Assembly (NCBI GenBank): GCA_021399395.1
Contig: JAAFKJ010000043.1
Coordinates: 30,886 to 94,885 of the forward strand
Direction of reading: 5' to 3'
Source of the DNA: Candidatus Heimdallarchaeota archaeon
GTDB taxonomy: Archaea > Asgardarchaeota > Heimdallarchaeia > Heimdallarchaeales > Heimdallarchaeaceae
Length of the DNA: 64,000 nucleotides
This document shows, piece after piece, positions 10,280 to 20,473 of the stretch (position 1 is its first letter; the number at the start of each line of letters is the position of its first letter). The notes below the pieces were generated by a model, which made no database searches, was not told the origin of the DNA, and saw only the letters and a program-made list of their open reading frames with translations. A program made the position numbers and the translations under genes.

Positions 10280-11266
10280 ATGATATCAGATCCAATTCAT
10301 ACAATTAATGATAAATTAACTATTATAGATGGACCTTCTGGTGATGGAGGAGAACGTAATAGAGGATATTTACTTGGTAAAGACTCTTTTACTATCATAA
10401 ATACTGGAAGGAAGGGAAGTATAGAGAATACATTTCTTGAGGCTATTCATAATAAGGGAAAGGACACAAAGGATGTAAAATATATTTTCATAACTCATCC
10501 TTATCCAGATGTAATAGGTGGAGTTTATCGTTTAAAGAAAATATTTCCAAAAGCTCAAGTAGCTATCCATGAAAAATGCGAAGAAATAATGAAAGATCCG
10601 AATGCAATTAGAGACGATAATTTTAAATTTACTCGAAAAGAAAAATTGTATTTTGCTATAAAGAAGGATCCTTTTGACGATTTGGAGAAATTCAAACCAG
10701 ATATATATTTCAAAGATGGAGATAAGTTCGAATTGGATAACACAAAACTGATGGTGATAAACTTTGACAGTGTATGTAAAGGTCATAGTATGTTCTTCGC
10801 AACAAAAGAAAGAGCTATGTTCACAGGCGATGCCCTTAATCTCTATCCTGCATTACCCAGCAGTTATCTGATTGATTTTTCAGGATCATACAAGGACTGG
10901 TTAAAGAATCTTTCATTTCTTGAAAAAGCACAGAACATATCAATGATATGTCCAGCTCATGATGGATATCAAGAAGATAGACATGTCATTCCATACATCT
11001 CTGATGTAAAAGAAGCTTTCAACCAATTCGAAAATCAACTCGAAATGGCAATGACTGAGCAGAAGTATTTGACTATGAATGAACTGATTGAAAGAGTTCA
11101 CAATTCCCAAGGAATTGTCTGGTATCATCCATATTCTATTCTTGCGCCAAAAGCAAACATGACTGCACATCTAGCAAAATTGGTGGATGAACAAAAAGTC
11201 CAAAGAAACGAAAAAACAGATCCAGTTACTTATACTTACATCGCTCCAAAAGATGAATTTTTCTAA
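10280..11266 (+). CDS. Metallo-beta-lactamase-fold protein with degenerate metal motif and C-terminal winged-helix-like region
   Basis: IFITHPYPDVIGG, FTGDA, CPAH. Confidence 0.75.
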   Translation: MISDPIHTINDKLTIIDGPSGDGGERNRGYLLGKDSFTIINTGRKGSIENTFLEAIHNKGKDTKDVKYIFITHPYPDVIGGVYRLKKIFPKAQVAIHEKCEEIMKDPNAIRDDNFKFTRKEKLYFAIKKDPFDDLEKFKPDIYFKDGDKFELDNTKLMVINFDSVCKGHSMFFATKERAMFTGDALNLYPALPSSYLIDFSGSYKDWLKNLSFLEKAQNISMICPAHDGYQEDRHVIPYISDVKEAFNQFENQLEMAMTEQKYLTMNELIERVHNSQGIVWYHPYSILAPKANMTAHLAKLVDEQKVQRNEKTDPVTYTYIAPKDEFF

Positions 11267-11276
11267 GCGTCTTTGC

Positions 11277-12461
11277 TTAGAATTCTTTTATTATTTCTTT
11301 CAAAACTGAGAATGGATTTTCTATGTTTTTTACAGAAACTTGTGCGAATGCTTTGCTTCCTCCTCCTTTTGCATCAGTTTTAGAACCAAAAGCACTTACA
11401 ACTTCATTTGCCGGTAAAGACTCGATAGTTGAGAGGAGATATAAAATATCGTTACTCCCCAATAAACCAAGAAAAGCGTTGTTCTCAAGCTCCTTAGCAG
11501 ATGATTGTATGATTTGTCTATCTAATTGTTCTAATTCAAGAAGAGTTACTTGCTTACCATTAATTTCCTCACTCCAGATTTTAGTATTTTCAAAAATCAT
11601 TTTTAATAGTTTAACATTTCCTTGAATTAGGGTTTCAGCGTTTTTTAGTTTGTTTGAAATCAATTCAATAAGTTTCTTATCTTTCTTTTCGGTAATTTCT
11701 TCTAAATTGATCATCAACTCTCGCTGTTGATTAGCGAAGTCGAATGCAAGTTCATCGACAAAATATTTGATAAGATTTCCTTTGACAGTATCCAATACAA
11801 TCCCTTTAATCTCTGAAAGATTTTTGACATGAATACCACCACAACCTACTAGATCATACCCTTCTTCAGAGCCGAGTTGAATTAAACGGATGGTTTTTTC
11901 ATCAGAAGTCTTTCCTCTTATTTTTGATTTATATTCACTAGAATAAGTTTCTTGATTAACTATGATGGATACAACTTCATCTCCTTGATGTAACATTCGG
12001 TTTACTTCTCTGAAAGCATCAACAATCTCAGAAAGTTTAAGCCTTTTATCAACTTCAATCTCTACTCTCCCAATTTCAAAATTAGCTTTAGTTGTTTGGC
12101 ACCTGTATCTCTTTATTAAAACATGAGTGAGTAGATGTTGAGAAGAGTGTGCCCTCATAAAACTATATCTCCTTTCCCAGTCAAGTTTAAGCAGAACTTC
12201 TTCACCAATTTTAAGAGGAATTTTTTTATCCATCTTAATCTTATGCCAGTATCCATCATCTTCTTTGAAAACTTCACTAACAGGAAACTCAGTTGTTTGA
12301 TATATTATGTATCCTCTATCATGTAACTGTCCTCCCCCTCCTGGATAGAAAATTGTTTGATCAAACTGTAGCTTAGAATCTCTAATATTTGTTATTTTAG
12401 CTTTAATCTCTTTTTGATAGGGTGAATCCCAATATATGGGGTTAGAAGTTTCCTGATTCAT
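11277..12461 (-). CDS. Alanyl-tRNA editing protein AlaX with C-Ala/DHHA1 domain
   Basis: TIFYPGGGGQLHDRG, HSSQH, CGGIH, KGGGS..FAQ. Confidence 0.88.
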   Translation of the reverse strand: MNQETSNPIYWDSPYQKEIKAKITNIRDSKLQFDQTIFYPGGGGQLHDRGYIIYQTTEFPVSEVFKEDDGYWHKIKMDKKIPLKIGEEVLLKLDWERRYSFMRAHSSQHLLTHVLIKRYRCQTTKANFEIGRVEIEVDKRLKLSEIVDAFREVNRMLHQGDEVVSIIVNQETYSSEYKSKIRGKTSDEKTIRLIQLGSEEGYDLVGCGGIHVKNLSEIKGIVLDTVKGNLIKYFVDELAFDFANQQRELMINLEEITEKKDKKLIELISNKLKNAETLIQGNVKLLKMIFENTKIWSEEINGKQVTLLELEQLDRQIIQSSAKELENNAFLGLLGSNDILYLLSTIESLPANEVVSAFGSKTDAKGGGSKAFAQVSVKNIENPFSVLKEIIKEF

Positions 12462-12531
12462 TGATGGGAATACTTTGTTTTAATAAAAAAAGTTGTGATA
12501 GAATAGAGGAAATAAGAAATAAAGGTAGGAA

Positions 12532-13176
12532 TTATTGCTTCTTCAGTTTCCCACCACAGCTTGTACAAAATTCATCAGCTGCATTATTGGTAGCTCCACA
12601 GTTAGTGCAGAAAACCTCCCCAGCTTGTTTTACTGGTTTCTCTACAGGTTGGTAAGTAGCTTGAGCTGGTTGAACAGGTTGGTAAGTAGCTTGAGCTGGT
12701 TGAACAGGTTGGTAAGGAGCTGATACATCTGTCTGTTCTCCTGCTTTATCTTTCCATACAGCTTCACCTATGGCTGATCCAATAGCTGCTGTTCCAACAA
12801 AAATAAGTGATGCTACTATCATTACAACTATGAAAATTATCCCAATAACAACAAGCAATATGGCCCCTACTCCTCCTATTAAAGCACCGAAAATGTCATC
12901 AGCTAGGTCTTGAGCAAAAGTTTCTCCTGCAGCGAACATTATAACTCCAACTACTATTCCGAAAAGAGCCATTAACCCAGAAATAGCGCCTGCAATTTTA
13001 ACTCCATCACTCTTATATGCCAAGAATCCTAAAACTAATCCACCTAGTATGACTCCTCCTGTTGTAAAACCTAGAGTGCCATAGTTTCCTGTATTTAGGA
13101 AAATTGCCATAGGAATCATTATTCCGAGTCCTGCTACAGTTCCTAATAAATCGAATAATAATCTATTACGTGCCAT
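12532..13176 (-). CDS. Membrane protein with C-terminal zinc ribbon
   Basis: About 4 TM helices, Pro/Gln repeat linker, FCTNCG...FCTSCG. Confidence 0.75.
   Translation of the reverse strand: MARNRLLFDLLGTVAGLGIMIPMAIFLNTGNYGTLGFTTGGVILGGLVLGFLAYKSDGVKIAGAISGLMALFGIVVGVIMFAAGETFAQDLADDIFGALIGGVGAILLVVIGIIFIVVMIVASLIFVGTAAIGSAIGEAVWKDKAGEQTDVSAPYQPVQPAQATYQPVQPAQATYQPVEKPVKQAGEVFCTNCGATNNAADEFCTSCGGKLKKQ
12644..12716. repeat. Perfect 30-bp coding tandem repeat (about 2.4 copies; YQPVQPAQAT)
   Basis: acaggttggtaagtagcttgagctggttga twice plus a partial third copy. Confidence 0.95.
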
Positions 13177-13286
13177 GAATTATTACTATGCTTTTAACTA
13201 TATATTTGTTTAGAAACCAGAAAATCCTCATTTTCTCTATTTAAAAAGTATTATTCCAAAAATTTTTAACAAAACACAAAGAGTGA

Positions 13287-14720
13287 TTGTTGAGAGCTAT
13301 GACAGCACGACTAGAAAAATATTTCAACGCTAAATCATTCTGCGTTGTAGGGGCATCGACAACACCAAATAAACCTGGAAATGTCGTAGCATACAATTTT
13401 GTTAATTATTTTCCGGGAAAAACATACTTGGTTAATCCAAGAGGTGGAGAATTATTCGATAAGAAACTCTACAAATCAGTTCTGGAAATTGATGATCAGA
13501 TTGATGCGGCTTGTATAATTGTTCCTGCTAAATATGCACCACTAACATTAGAACAATGTGGTCAGAAAGGTATAAAAAATGTGATAATTACTACTGGTGG
13601 TTTTAGTGAAGCAGGTGAAGAAGGTTTAGCATTACAAAAACAAATGCTTGACATTATGGACAAATATCAAATAAACGTTATCGGTCCAAACTGTTTAGGA
13701 TTATATTCTCCTGCACTAGGTTATGACACAATGTTTTTGCCAGCGAGCAAATTAAAGAGACCAAAGAATGGGCCTGTATCGATATTTACACAAAGTGGAG
13801 CTTTTGGTGCTGCTTTTATTGATCAATTATCTAGATTGGGCTCTGGAAAATGGGTATCCAAGTTTGTATCCTATGGAAATGCCAGTGATATAAATGAAAC
13901 AGATGCTCTGGAATATGTTGGTGGTGATCCTGATACTAAGATGGTTCTCATCTATCTTGAGGATTTCAAAGATGGACGAAGATTTATGGAAAAAGCGAGA
14001 GAGATTTCTTTAACGAAACCTATTATGGGGATTAAAGCAAATAGAACCGAAACAGGCGCAAAGGCAGGGGCCTCTCATACAGCTGCTCTATCCTCAGATG
14101 ATGCAATTGTTGATGATCTATTGAGTGATGCGGGTGTCATAAGAGTAATAACATGGGATCAACTAGAAGATTGTGTTCTGGTATTTGGTACACAACCTCT
14201 TCCTCTAGGTGATCGAGTAGCAATAGTAACTGATGGTGGAGGAGCAGGAGTAATGGCCTCTGATATGGTTTCTGATTGTAATCTGAAATTAGCAGAATTT
14301 TCTGTAGATGTCCAAACTAAATTGGATGAGATTTTCCCATCATTTTATTCTACAGGAAACCCCATTGATATTACAGGAAGTGCGACAGCTGAAGATTATA
14401 GGATAGCCTTAGAAGCAGCTTATAACGATCCAAATGTTGATTCAGTTGTTAATATTTGTGTCCCCGTAATCCCTGACTTAGATATTAATGAATATATAGC
14501 TATTACAAAGGAAATTGCGAAGAGAAAGGAAAAGCCATTCGTTACTTCTCTTGTAGGTGGTGAAGAAGCAGATTTCGCAACTGCTGAATTACTAAAAGAA
14601 GATATTCCTGTTTTTACTAGTCCTGGAAGAGCTGTTAAGGCTTTAGGAATGTTAACTGATTATACGAAATATTTGAAGAAAAGAGGAGTGGATCCTCGTT
14701 CAATTTTGGCGGAGGAGTAG
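13287..14720 (+). CDS. acdA: Acetate/acyl-CoA ligase (ADP-forming) alpha subunit
   Basis: VVGAS, IGPNCLG, QSGA, SYGN, SHT (phospho-His), NPIDITG. Confidence 0.92.
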   Translation: MLRAMTARLEKYFNAKSFCVVGASTTPNKPGNVVAYNFVNYFPGKTYLVNPRGGELFDKKLYKSVLEIDDQIDAACIIVPAKYAPLTLEQCGQKGIKNVIITTGGFSEAGEEGLALQKQMLDIMDKYQINVIGPNCLGLYSPALGYDTMFLPASKLKRPKNGPVSIFTQSGAFGAAFIDQLSRLGSGKWVSKFVSYGNASDINETDALEYVGGDPDTKMVLIYLEDFKDGRRFMEKAREISLTKPIMGIKANRTETGAKAGASHTAALSSDDAIVDDLLSDAGVIRVITWDQLEDCVLVFGTQPLPLGDRVAIVTDGGGAGVMASDMVSDCNLKLAEFSVDVQTKLDEIFPSFYSTGNPIDITGSATAEDYRIALEAAYNDPNVDSVVNICVPVIPDLDINEYIAITKEIAKRKEKPFVTSLVGGEEADFATAELLKEDIPVFTSPGRAVKALGMLTDYTKYLKKRGVDPRSILAEE

Positions 14721-14722
14721 AA

Positions 14723-15409
14723 ATGAGCGATATTAACCATATTATACAAAAAGTAAAAATAGAAAATCGTGATGCACTTCTAGAACATGAGGCTAAAGAA
14801 GTTCTGAAAGCAATTGGAATTCATATTCCCCCTTCTATACTTGCTAATAATGAACAAGAAGCAGTTGATGCAGCAGATTCTTTTGGCTATCCAGTTGTGA
14901 TGAAATTAATGTCTCCAGACGTTCTTCATAAAACAGATGCTAAAGCTGTTATAATTGATCTGAATTCCTCTGAAGCTGTTAGACATACTTTTCAAGATTT
15001 CATGAATCGATTTCAAGGGGTGAATGTTGCAGGAGTACTTGTCGAAAAAATGGTCGAGAAGGGTATTGAACTAATTATTGGAACTAATACTGATGATGAT
15101 TTTGGACCTGTGATACTTTTTGGTGTTGGAGGTGTTTTAGTTGAGGCTATCAAAGATGTTGTATTCATGATGTGTCCAACAACAAAGGAACAAGCCACCG
15201 ATGCTATAAATGAAATAAAGGCCAAAGTTATTTTAGAAGGATTTAGAGGACTCCCAGCAGTAAACAAAGATGAATTAGCAGATTTAATTGTTAAAATATC
15301 CTCACTTGCTTGGGAATATAGAGAAGATATACTTGAAATGGATATCAATCCAATAATAGCTAACAGCTCAGGACTTCATCCTGTTGATGCAAGAATCATT
15401 TTGAAATAA
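14723..15409 (+). CDS. acdB: Acetate/acyl-CoA ligase (ADP-forming) beta subunit
   Basis: GYPVVMK..SPDVLHKTD, FGPVILFGVGG, EMDINP; follows acdA. Confidence 0.92.
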   Translation: MSDINHIIQKVKIENRDALLEHEAKEVLKAIGIHIPPSILANNEQEAVDAADSFGYPVVMKLMSPDVLHKTDAKAVIIDLNSSEAVRHTFQDFMNRFQGVNVAGVLVEKMVEKGIELIIGTNTDDDFGPVILFGVGGVLVEAIKDVVFMMCPTTKEQATDAINEIKAKVILEGFRGLPAVNKDELADLIVKISSLAWEYREDILEMDINPIIANSSGLHPVDARIILK

Positions 15410-15458
15410 CTACTTCTTTCTTTTCTTTTTCTTACTTAAAATAGAAAAGAATATTGTA

Positions 15459-17660
15459 CTAGATCTCTTCCCAGTCTTCTTCGAGTTCTATTATTTCTTC
15501 TTCCTCTTCTCTTGAAGCGAATTTCATATCAAGTTCTGATAGTGTTTTCTTGAGAGTTTCTAGTACTTTAGAATCATCTTCATAATGTTGTGAATCAATA
15601 ACTCGTTTGTAAATATCTTCAGGAAGATTTTCAAAATACCTAATGCTGTATGCAATAGAATTTCTGACTTTAGGATTTCGATCATTTTCTAATATATTGA
15701 TTAATCTCTCAAGTGTCTCTTGGTTATTCAAATATAGAAGACACATTGCAGCTGTTGCTCTTTCTATTGGAAACTTACTATCCAACATTGAGATAAGACT
15801 CAAATTAGTTTGAACAGATTCATTTCTTTTAGTAAGTACCAAAGCCAACCAAATACGAATGAATTCTGGAGATTGATCAAAACTTTCTTCAATTTTTGAC
15901 ATATCCAAATCTCTTCTTAGAATCAACTCTTTTATCGCAGTTTCTGTATTGTCTCCAGCCAAAGATAGAACTAAAGATCCGAGATTATCCCTTCTGAGAT
16001 TGGGTAATATAATCATCGGTACATAGAAAACTGCTATTAATGGATAATATCCAACAGTATTATAAACAAGATAGTTGATCGCTACGAAGAAGTAGATTAC
16101 TCCCCCTATTAATCCAATAACTTTCAGAGGATATTGATATTTGAATCTACCTCGGGGGATGGGGTTTTTGACAAAGAAGAAAGCTATAGCAAAGGCTATC
16201 GCCCCAATAGAAATAGGTAATGCAGTGTAAAGGAAGATCGCAGTTCCAACCAATGTCTGACTCGTAATAGCTGTTGCTAGATACATGATAATGAAATAAA
16301 TAACCACAGGTATTCCTGTAGAGAGTGCTAAAATTGTGATTCTTCTCCTACGTAATTTCTTTTCCAAAAGTGAGGATTGTTTTCTTAATGTTGGTACTAC
16401 TGGATCTGTCATTTGAAGAGTAGCTTGTGTCATGCTTTTCATTAAACCAGTATAACTTTGCGCACCATATCTTTTGGTTATAAGTGAATTAACTAACCCT
16501 ACTAATACAATGAATATTATCAACGAAAATAATATTCCAAGAAATTGGAAAATAAACTGCAAAACTATCTCAATTATCATTATTACAATAAAAAATAACA
16601 GAAGTGCTACACCTTGCTTCCTGAGAGTTTTCCAGGTTGTTTTAGCGAAACTAACTGTATCTCTATAGAAAATGATAGGATAGAGCCCCATTCCAAAAAG
16701 TCCAGCAAGCTGGAGGTTTTTCATAACATCGATTAAGGTTGATGAAAGGTAAGAATCCTTGGGAAACCCCCATTTCAAGATTATAAGGAACTCAAAAATA
16801 TTGGATGTTTCGTAACCAAATCCAAACCCTAGAAATAGAATGAGAATTGTTAACTCTATTCTTCTACTTAGGTGATATACCAAGATCGTTACTAAAGACA
16901 CGATCAAATAATAGAATAGATCCGTAAAAAATGGTATAAGCAAAGAGTAAGATTTTTCTTGGAAAGCAGGAATTAGATATTGTGGCATTGAAAATTGCGA
17001 TAATAGATAGAACATCAATAGTATTGTAGCAGCAGCAACTGCAACACCATCCATTGTGTTTACTTTTTTATTTATGGAATACATAATTCCTGCATATAAT
17101 AGTGCGAAAACTGCCGTTGCAAGAATTATTGATCCAAGTAGAAATATGTATTCATTTGTTGCTTTCCAATCTATTTCTACTACAGGAGTTGATGGATCAA
17201 CTGGTTGATCAGGATCTGTTCGACTTATAATTCCCGCAATTTTGTTTGCTGCAGGTTGAAGATGAGAATTATAGAGATATGATAGACCAAGAATAAAAGA
17301 CAAACCGAAGAATGCTATTTTTAATATATTAAGCTTCTTTCCAGCAATCTTTTTAGGGGAATTGATTCGTATTCCCAATTTTATAAAATAATAGACACAC
17401 AATCCCACAACTGCAATCATCGTGCCAACATAAATCAGAATATATGACCCCGGATTAATGGTCTCACTTTGACCAAATAAATCGTTGAAAACTTTTAGAT
17501 TCATGGTAAAACCTAATAGAATAGCTAAAAGAATACCTAATAACTGTCCACCAAATTGAACTGTCCAATCCATGAAAATGAGGTCTCGTGCAAGAATGAC
17601 ACTAAAACGTTCAAACTTCTCTTCTTCGGTTTTCTCTGTTTTAGTTTCCTTTTCTGACAT
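15459..17660 (-). CDS. Polytopic membrane protein with C-terminal HEAT repeats
   Basis: Many TM segments; ERATAAMCL and DRNPKVRNSIAYSI HEAT-like motifs. Confidence 0.7.
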   Translation of the reverse strand: MSEKETKTEKTEEEKFERFSVILARDLIFMDWTVQFGGQLLGILLAILLGFTMNLKVFNDLFGQSETINPGSYILIYVGTMIAVVGLCVYYFIKLGIRINSPKKIAGKKLNILKIAFFGLSFILGLSYLYNSHLQPAANKIAGIISRTDPDQPVDPSTPVVEIDWKATNEYIFLLGSIILATAVFALLYAGIMYSINKKVNTMDGVAVAAATILLMFYLLSQFSMPQYLIPAFQEKSYSLLIPFFTDLFYYLIVSLVTILVYHLSRRIELTILILFLGFGFGYETSNIFEFLIILKWGFPKDSYLSSTLIDVMKNLQLAGLFGMGLYPIIFYRDTVSFAKTTWKTLRKQGVALLLFFIVIMIIEIVLQFIFQFLGILFSLIIFIVLVGLVNSLITKRYGAQSYTGLMKSMTQATLQMTDPVVPTLRKQSSLLEKKLRRRRITILALSTGIPVVIYFIIMYLATAITSQTLVGTAIFLYTALPISIGAIAFAIAFFFVKNPIPRGRFKYQYPLKVIGLIGGVIYFFVAINYLVYNTVGYYPLIAVFYVPMIILPNLRRDNLGSLVLSLAGDNTETAIKELILRRDLDMSKIEESFDQSPEFIRIWLALVLTKRNESVQTNLSLISMLDSKFPIERATAAMCLLYLNNQETLERLINILENDRNPKVRNSIAYSIRYFENLPEDIYKRVIDSQHYEDDSKVLETLKKTLSELDMKFASREEEEEIIELEEDWEEI

Positions 17661-17662
17661 AT

Positions 17663-19531
17663 CTAAACCTCAATATCGCTAAGGATGACATCAAATCTCC
17701 TCTTTCTACTCTTAACATATTTCCTAATTCGTTTTGATACTATATAGAAGATTACTAGAACAATACCAACGGCTATTGCTATTCCTGTATAAATTACATT
17801 CCAATTTCTACTTACAATGATGAAAATTTGATAGGTATTATCAAATTCATAAAGTTCATAGATCTGACTTCCTGCATCAACAGTAATTGAGACATTCCAA
17901 ACTCGTAACCCGAATCCTTGAAATTCATCGTATTGAAGATCAAATGTTTCATCAACATCTAAACTCTCAATTTGTCTAGTCAACTTGATAGTATCATTCA
18001 AAGCTAATGATACCCAGAATGGAGCTGAAAGAATTGTCCCATTGTTCTGAATCGTAAAGTCTATTTGTAGCCTTCTAAATTCCGTAGCATTTTCGGGACT
18101 TACAATAACATCTTTAACGTTTAGGTTTGGAAAACGATACCAAGAATAAATATCAGTCGAGTTTTCATCATATTCCGAAAAATAGGAAAATATATTCATG
18201 GGATAAAGAATATTTGCTGAACTGTTCCAATTTTCATTTTCTGGAGCAGATGTTATAGTATTGCTAAAGGCCTGACCCATTGCTATTATTCCTAAAGAAT
18301 CATTAGAATAATACGTTAGAATACTACCCTCACCTCTAGTTATCATACTTGCTAAGTCATAGATTAATGTCCCATTATCCCCAACATACATGGGAACGAT
18401 ATCAGTCCCATCTTGCAAAACAATGACACCTAATCTTTGGTTAGAGTATGATATTGCCGTATAGAAAAATTCAGCATATTTCATATTGATTGGTGCAATG
18501 TACTGGATTCCTGATTTATGCGCTGTACCATTAATTGTATAATTGTAAAGTATTGATAAAGAGAAATTGGAATTGATAAAAGAAATATTATAAAAAGACT
18601 CACCCGGAGTTATAAGGTCATTTGTAAGAGTAGCAGTGCCATTATTGGGCAAAGTAATAAAACCAGTATCATCTAGATCAGTCTGATAAATAGCATTTCC
18701 TCCTTCTCCTAGTGTTGAGAGAGTTATCTCTGCATCTCCTTGAAGAAGAGGTATCAAATCAGTATCAGGCGGTGGATAGATATAATATTGGGTTCCCCAG
18801 AGAAAATGGGGAATAGCAGTAAAAGCAAAAGAGCCTTCTTGAAGAGAAAGTGAATAGAAAACTACTCCTATTGGACCAGAACCTCTGATAATTGATCCTT
18901 CCATTACATCGACATCTATTGTTTGTCCAACAAAGTCTATGTCTTCAGTTTGGTCAGTTTCACCCGGAGTAATAATTGTTACCTCTGAATTGTTAAACCC
19001 AGCAACAATTTTAGCCTTCATATTATCATGCGGACTTTGATATTCATCACCCCACATAGACATAACTAAGGGAGAATAGGAAAAAGTATCATCTGAATCA
19101 TCGGTTTCAGATTGATGATAAACATTAATCTGTAATGGTACAAATGTCTGTATTAAAGATCCGTTTTCCATATTTAATTCAGTTGCAGAATTTAGGATGA
19201 GTGTTTGATTTGCGTTAATATAAACTGTTGATTCGTATTCTACAGATTCAAAACCAAAGATTATTGGAACTTCATCATAGAAGGATGTGATTTTTACAAT
19301 AGTAGGACCGAAAGGACCGGATCTAAAGAGTAATGGTAATCTATAATTGAGATACAATCCTCCTGCAGAACTCCCACCTCCCGTGTCCTCTCCTCCACCG
19401 GGGGGAGGAATCTCTCCTGAACTGGGACTACCTGCGTAAGTATAACTAACTGAATATGAAGTTGTAATAGATAAAGGACTTACTACTAACATAAAGAAAA
19501 TAAATACTGCTGAAATAACTTGTTTCTTCAT
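17663..19531 (-). CDS. Membrane-anchored surface protein with IgGFc-binding-N-like repeats and CARDB domain
   Basis: Signal peptide; WGDEY/WGTQY repeats; PNL.V...TIQNNG...VD....IYELYEFDN; C-terminal TM plus basic tail. Confidence 0.65.
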   Translation of the reverse strand: MKKQVISAVFIFFMLVVSPLSITTSYSVSYTYAGSPSSGEIPPPGGGEDTGGGSSAGGLYLNYRLPLLFRSGPFGPTIVKITSFYDEVPIIFGFESVEYESTVYINANQTLILNSATELNMENGSLIQTFVPLQINVYHQSETDDSDDTFSYSPLVMSMWGDEYQSPHDNMKAKIVAGFNNSEVTIITPGETDQTEDIDFVGQTIDVDVMEGSIIRGSGPIGVVFYSLSLQEGSFAFTAIPHFLWGTQYYIYPPPDTDLIPLLQGDAEITLSTLGEGGNAIYQTDLDDTGFITLPNNGTATLTNDLITPGESFYNISFINSNFSLSILYNYTINGTAHKSGIQYIAPINMKYAEFFYTAISYSNQRLGVIVLQDGTDIVPMYVGDNGTLIYDLASMITRGEGSILTYYSNDSLGIIAMGQAFSNTITSAPENENWNSSANILYPMNIFSYFSEYDENSTDIYSWYRFPNLNVKDVIVSPENATEFRRLQIDFTIQNNGTILSAPFWVSLALNDTIKLTRQIESLDVDETFDLQYDEFQGFGLRVWNVSITVDAGSQIYELYEFDNTYQIFIIVSRNWNVIYTGIAIAVGIVLVIFYIVSKRIRKYVKSRKRRFDVILSDIEV

Positions 19532-20469
19532 CTTACAAGACCTCTTCTTTTGGAACCAAAATATGTGAGTAATAGTTTCTCCATTAAAACTGTTGTAGGG
19601 GCATCAATTACATCAATATTCAAACCAACTGCTTTTCTTTTGAATTCATTGATTTCCTTTATTTGTAATCCTAGCTCGTACATGAACATACCTCGCTCAA
19701 GTAGATTGCTGAAGTTAACTGCTAAAACTTCACCAGTCTCGGGGTCTTGAAATTTTACTTGTCTAGGATTTTTTGGAAATAGAAATTCTTCAGGATCATG
19801 TATGTGAATAAGTTTAACATCATGATGTTTTACGTTTGCAACTTTAAAACCATCCAATGCTTTCTCAAGATCACCATGAAGATCTGTAAGAATGATGATT
19901 ATTGCTCTTCTTTTTTGTGCTAATGCTATATCTCGGATGCTTTCTCCAATGTCTGTATTTCCAAGTGGAGCAACCTTCAGCATCTCATTGAATATACTAT
20001 AAAGGTGAGTTTTTCCTCCTCTTGGTGGTATATATTTGTGGATTTTATCTGAGAATGATACCCAACCAAAATTATCACGATTATTCATTACAGTATATGC
20101 TAAAGTAGCTATAGCTTCCACTGCCATTTTTATTCTAGGTGTTGGATCACCAAGCAACATTGAATAACTTGTGTCAAGCATCAGGATAACATTGGTGTTT
20201 CTTTCTTGTTCATAATCTCTTACAATTAATTTATGTGGAACTCTTGAAGATGCATTCCAATCTATAAATCTAAGATCATCTCCCTCAGTATACTCTCGTA
20301 AATCAGCATATTCTGTTCCTGGTCCTCGAAAGATAGAACGTCTGTGACCTTGTAAAAAGCTTGTAGATCTCTCTTTTGCAAGAATCTCTAACTTCTTGAG
20401 TTTCTTAAGAGGAATTTTTCCGCTTTCTCTCTTTTCTTTCACTGACTTAGGTCCTTCTGCTAGAGTCAT
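19528..20469 (-). CDS. DUF58 family (VWA-like) protein
   Basis: G.EYADLREY..GDDLRFIDWNASSR, DTSYSM, IILTD. Confidence 0.9.
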   Translation of the reverse strand: MTLAEGPKSVKEKRESGKIPLKKLKKLEILAKERSTSFLQGHRRSIFRGPGTEYADLREYTEGDDLRFIDWNASSRVPHKLIVRDYEQERNTNVILMLDTSYSMLLGDPTPRIKMAVEAIATLAYTVMNNRDNFGWVSFSDKIHKYIPPRGGKTHLYSIFNEMLKVAPLGNTDIGESIRDIALAQKRRAIIIILTDLHGDLEKALDGFKVANVKHHDVKLIHIHDPEEFLFPKNPRQVKFQDPETGEVLAVNFSNLLERGMFMYELGLQIKEINEFKRKAVGLNIDVIDAPTTVLMEKLLLTYFGSKRRGLVR

Positions 20470-20473
20470 ACCC

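Noticed and set aside
12644-12716. 30-bp direct repeats as a mini CRISPR
   Set aside because: The repeats are contiguous with no spacers and lie in frame within a CDS.
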